A stretch of 64,000 nucleotides of DNA from positions 22,878,001 through 22,942,000 of the forward strand of contig OX597828.1 in the NCBI GenBank assembly GCA_951406725.2, written 5' to 3'. The position numbers and the translations under genes were made by a program. The notes below the pieces were generated by a model. It made no database searches. It worked only from the letters and a program-made list of their open reading frames with translations, and was not told the origin of the DNA. This DNA comes from Octopus vulgaris (lineage: Eukaryota). Position 1 is the stretch's first letter. Every line of letters begins with the position of its first letter. Below are positions 56,632-64,000 of this stretch, in pieces.

Positions 56632-58084
56632 ATATATAATATTTTTAGTATCGATGATGTTGCAGTTACTTCGGTTAAGTTGTTTTACTGTTTATTTTTA
56701 TAATTTATAGCAAGATCGTGTTTTGTTTTTTAATCATATTTTTAGTGAACAAAAAATGACAAAAATACGGTATTACCCATCAAAAATAAAACCCGAAAAG
56801 ATTAAAATATATTTTTTTTGAAAATCAAACAAAATTCTACATAAACGAGTGCTGCCTTTCGGGTAATAGATGCTACTTTCGTTCACCCGATAATGTTCCT
56901 GCGAATCAGTATAAAACACTCGTGTTTCAGTGGGTATTCTGTGATTAACTTGCTTATCGGCGAATTAATCTTGACTAATTTTCCAGAATAGACAAAAAGA
57001 AAATGAAATACCGACAAAATTATCAAACAAACCGAAAACTCTATAGAAGCAAGAATATAACAACAAATACTACTACTCCACTGACTATTATTACTACTAC
57101 AACCACTACTACTACTACTAAATGTACAACAGCAACTGCATCATTAATACATTTATCAAATTTCTTAGTGATCATATACGTTGATGCTGTCACTTACAAA
57201 TGAAAGGTTGTGTTTGGGATGGATGGTGTGTGCGTATGTTGAAAAATGTCGGAAAATGGAAGTATAATGACGCCATTTTGTAATGAATTTTTATCATGAT
57301 GTGTTTACTGACAATCTTATAAACCGTTCAAAATGTATCACAGGCAGGTGTTTAAACGACAAGACAAGCTCGTTATGTTTTAGCGATTCTTCTCATTCTA
57401 TCACATTTGGTTTTTAAAATATTGTTCTTCGTCGTATTTCTTTTTTTTTTTTTTTTTGTCAAAATATATTTTAAAAATAATGTTCTGACCAGCTGAGTTC
57501 GCAACACAGATTTGATTCTCGGCTTCCGCTATTTCGTTTCAATTACATAACTAATGCCCTTCAAAAACAATAATACCCATAAAATAATATTAGTTATGTC
57601 AATGAAAGGAAATTATTAGACCCTGCCATTCTTGTACATTCTATCGCAAATTTCATTTATAATCGAGTTTGCTATTTTTAGATGTATGTGAACCGTTAGT
57701 GTGAAGTACGCTGAGTGATCAGCAGGGCGCTGTAGTTAATTTCATCTCAAATGCTTTGGTTATGTCAGAGACCATAAATGTTTTAAAACAATCAGATCCC
57801 AAGTGAGATATAGCAACCAAATCTCCATTGAATGGCCATCCTGCTGGATTTATATAAATCAAACAACGTTCTGAATAATGTATTGCTAAAAATGTTTTAT
57901 CTCTTTAGAATTCACTTCCTTCAACCATTGGACTATTGCTATGTAGGTTTAGTTGAACAATATTAAGTGTTTAGTTGAAATATACGCACAAGTGCACGCA
58001 TACGCATACACACACAGGCACACACATGTACACACATACATGCTCACGCACACTGCAGGTTTCCTAATAGTTTCACGTCTCACC

Positions 58085-58556
58085 TAATGTACTCTCAAGA
58101 CGACTGAGGACAAAGATTCTCCAAAGCATAAGCATTGTGTCTCTGTTCATGGTCCCGAATCATCTAAAGATCCAACCTGACACCCGCCTGCATAATGTTG
58201 CCATGTGACCAATGAGCACATGGAAAGTTGCATCGGTGCTAATATGGATTCTCAGGTCACGCACTGACTCTACCTCTGTAATTACATTGCATGCTGGTCC
58301 CGTGTACTTCAACTGAAGTGTGTTTGTGGGCTTAAAGCGGAGTGATAGCGGAGTGAGTGTTGGTGACTATGTAGCTGAAGGCATATCCCAGAGAACAATC
58401 ACAAACAATAGTGGACTCAGCACTGCTCCCTGGGGGAATCCACTGAGGATTGGTGTCACTTCAGAGAGAACACTATTTACAGTGATAGCCATAATTCTGC
58501 CCCTTAATAAATCATGCAGTCACTCACCCAGTTTACCAGCAATACTCAGTTCACGC
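58085..58556 (-). mobile_element. CR1-clade LINE RT fragment, internally deleted
   Basis: IAGKLGE*LHDLLRGR...VN...SGFPQGAVLSPLLFVI..DMP; YADD region missing; ESVRDL.I......F..........SGWIFR.F.......L.LW..FVLSRLE. Confidence 0.85.
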
Positions 58557-58613
<57 letters not shown>

Positions 58614-58829
58614 GATAGATAGATAGATAGATGGATAGATAGATACATGTGTATGTACGTGTGCGTGTGCTTGCCAACAGATACGTTTGTTGTGTAACTT
58701 ATTTCATAATTTGTAAAATTCAATTCTGTAAGCATCATCATAGAAGACAGATACTGAATTATTTCCCTCTTTATTGTCTAAATCTAACCATATTATAAAG
58801 TCCTTCGCTTTGTAGTTGGAGAACTGGAT

Positions 58830-59214
58830 GGAAGCACTCCGTCGGTTACGACGACGAGGGTTCCGGTTGATCCGAATCAACGGAACAGCCTGCTCGTGAA
58901 ATTAACGTGTAAGTGGCTGAGCACTCCACAGACACGTGTACCCTTAATGTAGTTCTCGGGGATATTCAGCGTGACACAGAGAGTGACAAGGCCGGCCCTT
59001 TGAAATACAGGTACAACAGAAACAGGAAGTAAGAGTGAGAGAAAGTTGTGGTGAAAGAGTACAGCAGGGATCACCACCATCCCCTGCCGGAGCCTCGTGG
59101 AGCTTTTAGGTGTTTTCGCTCAATAAACACTCACAACGCCCGGTCTGGGAATCGAAACCGCGATCCTATAACCGCGAGTCCGCTGCCCTAACCACTGGGC
59201 CATTGCGCCTCCAC
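58830..59214 (-). mobile_element. Young tRNA-derived SINE, family D, with 10-bp TSD
   Basis: About 99% identical to 33018-33402; TTGGAGAACT at 58816-25 and 59217-26. Confidence 0.96.
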
Positions 59215-60343
59215 AATTGGAGAACTAAACTACGTATTGCCGTTCAGATATATTAATACTGCATGCATTTGAAACAGTTATCTGTATTTTTCTCTCTCCT
59301 GTCGTACGTTGTTGCAAACACACAAAGAGTTTACTGTACATAGGCTGCTCCAGTTAAATTTCTTGAATTAAGACCGAGCAGAATTCAATTAAGTACGTTA
59401 TGTCAGAGTTGACCATGGGTCACACAAGACAAAACATAATAATTGATAATTTCTCCTGACATTCATGATATTTTAAATTATATTTTCTACAATATTACAA
59501 CGTCTACTAAATGTTTAATAAAACAATATTTCACTTCATTAAAACATGAATTTTCGCTGTAATCGCTGGAAACCAAAACAACATAGAAAAACCGACTTCA
59601 ACGTTAGCAACGATGTATGTCCTTAGTAGAGAATTTCTCAATATATAGCGACTTTAATTTCAATCAACGCCAAGACCTTCACTTAAGTATGAGTTGTCTA
59701 CAGTAAGAGAAAATCAATATGTGCTTGCAACCCTTTCTAATTGTATACAGAAGTCTCAGAGCATTGATTCGTAAACGGGCAACCTCTTGGAGGGTACTGT
59801 TCGCTAACCATTCAGGCAATATATTACTCAAACCTCACTCTATCATGTTAAACAAGAAAACATTGAATGGAATAGTCTTAGATACAGTTATAATTAGTTG
59901 GGTGGAATCCTGGATGTTGGCACGTGATCGACAGGTGGTACGTTGGAGAAAACCAAATTAAAGGTAGGCAACCATGAAAATAGCATTTTTCCACACGTAT
60001 TATTTTCAATAAAGATGTTCTGCTTATTGATGCTTAGATATATATGCTTATACAAGTGGGAGTGGACTCAAGAAAGAAAGTGTCACTCAAGGCATTTGAT
60101 AGAAGTTACGTATGTTATTTAATAACAGTTTGATTCGGCCCGTAGTAGGCTTGTTCAAAGAACCTATTTTCTCAGGCATGTAGAAAGCGGCTTTTGTCGA
60201 GATGTGTTCGGTTGACAAGATTACAAAGCTGTGAGTTGCACACAGCCACATCACACAGCCAGACACACGCACACACATATATATCTATGTTGCGTATATA
60301 TCTATATATATGTGTGTGTGTGTGTGTATGTATATGTATATAT

Positions 60344-60493
60344 AAAATGTGATAACAAAGCAGAGGCTGTGAGGAGTTTTCAGGACGTTTATAAGGAAAG
60401 GAATATAGATATAGTCTTACAGCTGTTTCAATATCCTTTTCCTCATAAATATCCTGAAAATTCCTCACACCATTGGCTTTGTCATCTCATTTT
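60344..60493. repeat. Imperfect inverted-repeat mini-element between (TA)n tracts
   Basis: AAAATGTGATAACAAAGC..TGTGAGGAGTTTTCAGGACGTTTATAAGGAAAGGAATAT pairs with ATATCCTTTTCCTCATAAATATCCTGAAAATTCCTCACA..GCTTTGTCATCTCATTTT. Confidence 0.85.
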
Positions 60494-60503
60494 CTCTAAT
60501 ATA

Positions 60504-60858
<355 letters not shown>

Positions 60859-60888
60859 TCGATCTTCTAGATACTAATACCTCTCACA

Positions 60889-60945
<57 letters not shown>

Positions 60946-61504
60946 TGTATACGCGTATTCACACCCGTTTGCCTTGCCGGTTAGTGAGTCGAGCTCATAT
61001 ACATTAACTTTTAATTCGTCGTTTAAATTCGTGGTGTGGGCGGCGCAATATATTTCATTTAACGTTGTGCACCTTATTCCAGTGATAATTAATGCAGGTA
61101 GAGGGGTAATGGTGGGCGACATTTCCTCCACTAGTTCTCAAAATATTTTCAATGACCCATGCGAGGTCATGTAAGGCGTGCCTGAGATTATGTTTATAGC
61201 TGCTTGAACCAACGGAAGCATCTAGAAATATTAGCAAAATTATAGGTATTCCCACTTGCTCTGAGAAAGGCAGGTCATATCACGTTGCTCCAGTCCACTC
61301 AGAAGGCAAAAATAAGTGACTATACAACAGGCTGGCGTCCCAACCAGGGGGAATATATATGTCACAGAAACTAGGTAACGTTGTGTCCCTGCTCCTTACG
61401 GACTAATGTAGACTAACCATATATTTCTAAACATAAGATTATTTAGTTCTGTTCATATACATACAAACATATACATACATATATACATACAGAGATCCTA
61501 TTTT

Positions 61505-61920
61505 TGATTCTTTTTACTTGTTTCGATCAACAGTATGCGACCATACTGGGGCACTGCCTTGAAGAATTTTTAATTTAATGCATCGACACCAATGCTTATT
61601 TTTTAAGAGCCACAGACATATTCTATCGGTTTCTCTTGCTTAAGCGCGAAGTTACGCTGACATAAACACCGATTGTCAAGTGTTTTTGGGAAGGACAAAC
61701 ACAGTCACAAATACTCATACACACACACACATACATATATATAAATACACACACATAGATATATATGACGAGCTTCTTTCAGTTTCCGTCAACCAAATCC
61801 ACTCACAAAACTTTGGTCGGCCCGAATCTATAGTAAAAAACAGCAGCCCAAGGTACCACGCAGCGGGACTGAACCTCGCATCATGTGTACGGGAAACAAG
61901 TTTCTTACCACACAGCCACG
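61505..61920 (-). mobile_element. SINE family A, near full length
   Basis: TTTTACTTGTTTC...CTTCTTTCAGTTTCCGTC.ACCAAATCCACTCACAA..CTTTGGTCGGCCCGA...CCCAAGGTACCACGCAGCGGGACTGAACC...TTCTTACCACACAGCCAC. Confidence 0.88.
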
Positions 61921-62018
61921 TATGCGTACGAACACACAGACAAGCACACACTCCCATATACATGCATCTACACAGAAACACAGAAATTTATATATATATA
62001 TATATATATATATAAATT

Positions 62019-62069
<51 letters not shown>

Positions 62070-64000
62070 TGGTTTGTAACCAAATAATCAACAACTATTT
62101 CAATGTGTAGGGCATTCATAAAACCATTAAATGACAGAAGTTTTATTAATTATTCCTCTTCGTTTTGACACAGTGTTACTTTTTGTTTGCAGAAATCTTC
62201 ATTTCCTGACACTAACTCTATCTCTTTTTGCTCTTTCACCCCAGGCGCTTATTTTCGTTTTCTTCTTTTTTTTCCCCATTTTCTTTTCCCACAAGATGTG
62301 TTTCATCAATTGTATATTCAGTCATCTTCTTTTTTTTCTTGTTTTTTTTTTCTTTTCCAATCTAGTTGCGATATTTTCTACGTGGCTGTAAATTAAATAT
62401 TGATTTGCTTTTCTTTTTTTAAAGAGTGAAGGACCTAAATTATTCATTTGTTTGTTTACAACTGTTAAAGGCGAGATATTAAATTAATTATATGGTTACA
62501 TTCAGGAAAGGAAGTATTATTCAGTGAAGAACTGTATTAAGGGCTTTAGTACTGATATAAATAGTAGCTAAATAGTATTGTCCCTTTGTTTTACGGATAT
62601 TAAAAGATGTATTAAGAGTTTTATTATTATCTGTTAACAGATTTATAGTGTAAAAACAAAGAGAGTAAGTACGTTTGTAGTAATTAATTGAAAAGCTTTT
62701 ACAAACGGTGTCCCACAGGAACTATATATCGCACGAGACACAAAATAAAGATTAACACCATAAGAGGTCTTTGAGTACTTTCGAGGTCATTTCTCTTTTG
62801 TAATGATTTCAATCAAAATTTCCAATACCTTTCTGCTCCGATCGTCTTTTTTCCTCGTTAACATACATTTAAGGATGCTGAGCGTCGCTAGAATTAACGT
62901 TTTTTTTCTATATGAGCCTAAAAGTTGATGAGGGATGCCTTCTCTTCCGCCTCCTCATTCCCTTCCCCTTCCCACACTCTTCCCCCTCTAATTGATTAAA
63001 AAATATACAGAAGCAAACTCATAAACATTAACAAAAAGAGCATTTAACAAAAGTTGTTCAAATTAATATAGGACTTATTATATGTTATAGATATTGTTTG
63101 GTAATCATTCTCTTTCAAGGAACGATTGAGCAAAGTTTACTAGTAAAGTCATCCGTTCTAAAGACATCAGCCAGATTACGTCCAGCATAGATAATCACAA
63201 CAACATAATCATTGTTAATATTAGCTTGTACACTTTTCTCCACAACATATAAGTCTTATTAAATAAAAGCATGCCTACCATTATTAAAATTATGTATGAT
63301 GTCACTAACATAGTTATAACAAAACCAAGAAGAGATGATTTAATCTCAAATTGGCTTCGTATTGCAATCCTGGGTTTTCATCTCAACTTCGATCACTTCA
63401 TCAGGATACAATAAACCATTCAAAACACATAACTGAACAGTCATCAGAATACGTTGACAGAATACTTAACGATATCACTTCCGTGTGTTGCACGCAAAGG
63501 TCAATTCACGCCAGTATAAAATTTGCTTTCATTCTTCCGGGATTGTTAAACGTAGAGCAAGTGGAAGATATATTTCTTTTCCTTTTATATTTGGAGTAAA
63601 AACAAAGGGAAGTTTGTATGTAGTAAATCATGAAAAAGTCTTATATATCGCACATAATGCATAATAAAACGCCTAGATTAACTCCATAAGAGGTCTTTGC
63701 ATTCATTCAAGATTACTCTTTTGTAATCAGAATATACATTAAAAGAACGAATATTCACGCTTCTACCATAGATAAAGCTAAAAGATAGATAAGAAAAATT
63801 GTATGCCCGTTTCAGTGCTTGAGTATCCACCGTCATAAGCCTTTGGTCGCCATGGTTGATTTTATATAAGCCGTCTGCTTGGCTCCTGTTTATTTATTCA
63901 AATGAAATCGTCCCATGTATGACCATCCTATCGCATTTAGAAATACTAATTTTAAGGATTCTTTGTCCAATATGACTCTTTCGGATTTATAAGGTGAAAA

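Overview
AT-rich, microsatellite-saturated animal DNA with no recognisable host protein-coding gene. Almost all listed ORFs are translations of (TA)n, (CA)n or (TAA)n repeats. The tRNA-headed SINEs, Dong/R4 LINEs and Penelope relics point to an intronic or intergenic region of an octopus (coleoid cephalopod) genome; this is my recognition, not a database result. Decayed autonomous-element remnants are a Penelope-like RT (8.9-10.1 kb), three Dong/R4 pieces, two L1/Tx1 pieces, a CR1 RT piece, a Tc1 and a mariner-type transposase. Non-autonomous elements are many SINEs (one young pair about 99% identical), two Helentron-associated (HINE/DINE-1-like) elements and a MITE. The most notable signals are: (i) a 274-bp element with 15-bp inverted ends, embedded in (TA)n, carrying an extended type-I hammerhead ribozyme fold with a compensatory U3-A8 core (21.9 kb); (ii) further hammerhead remnants and long near-perfect palindromes (41.2 kb, 60.6 kb), all tied to (TA)n tracts; (iii) a non-coding, 5'-truncating family that sits in (TAA)n in the same orientation as the Dong elements. 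Coordinates of decayed elements are approximate.
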